From positions 6,852,483 to 6,916,482 of the forward strand of contig SMSO01000032.1 in the NCBI GenBank assembly GCA_004764695.1: DNA of 64,000 nucleotides, written 5' to 3'. The stretch comes from Schizochytrium sp. TIO01. Its lineage: Eukaryota > Protista > Bigyra: Labyrinthulomycetes. Both the position numbers and the translations under genes were made by a program. Below are positions 63,873 through 64,000 of this stretch, one piece after another. Within the stretch, counting starts at the first letter, position 1, and each line of letters begins with the position of its first letter. Under the pieces are notes generated by a model. That model saw only the letters and a list, made by a program, of their open reading frames with translations, had not been told where the DNA came from and ran no database searches.

Positions 63873-64000
63873 GGCGGTTGTGAATGAATAAATTATTCTA
63901 AGTCTCTTGAATTTACAACTCAGAGAAATCGACACAACGGAATACTGAGAAATCAAACTGACCTAAGCTTTAGTTCATCAAAATATAATTCTGGGTAAAT

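Overview
This is eukaryotic nuclear DNA. The intron-poor genes and GCTA/TACC/CTTTG microsatellites suggest a protist, plausibly a stramenopile such as a thraustochytrid (inference only). The window has two sharply different parts. (1) About 0.13-48.6 kb has no convincing intact gene. It holds AT-rich patches, microsatellites, decayed host-gene fragments (ion channel, protein kinase, PPR, peptidyl-tRNA hydrolase) and retroelement relics. At 12.4-18.6 kb there is a dense nest of at least 8 copies of a ~400-425 bp solo-LTR family (TGCTGA...TCAGCA termini, 5-bp target-site duplications), inserted into each other and into Gypsy/Copia pol remnants. This gene desert is a candidate regional centromere/pericentromere. 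(2) From 48.6 to 63.9 kb there are six closely packed intact genes: MCM8, URI1-like prefoldin (2 exons), a SEC14/CRAL-TRIO+GOLD protein, a long coiled-coil protein, GPN2 (2 exons) and a second coiled-coil protein. No rRNA, tRNA or CRISPR array was recognised. All relic assignments are by-eye motif matches and need HMM/BLAST confirmation.
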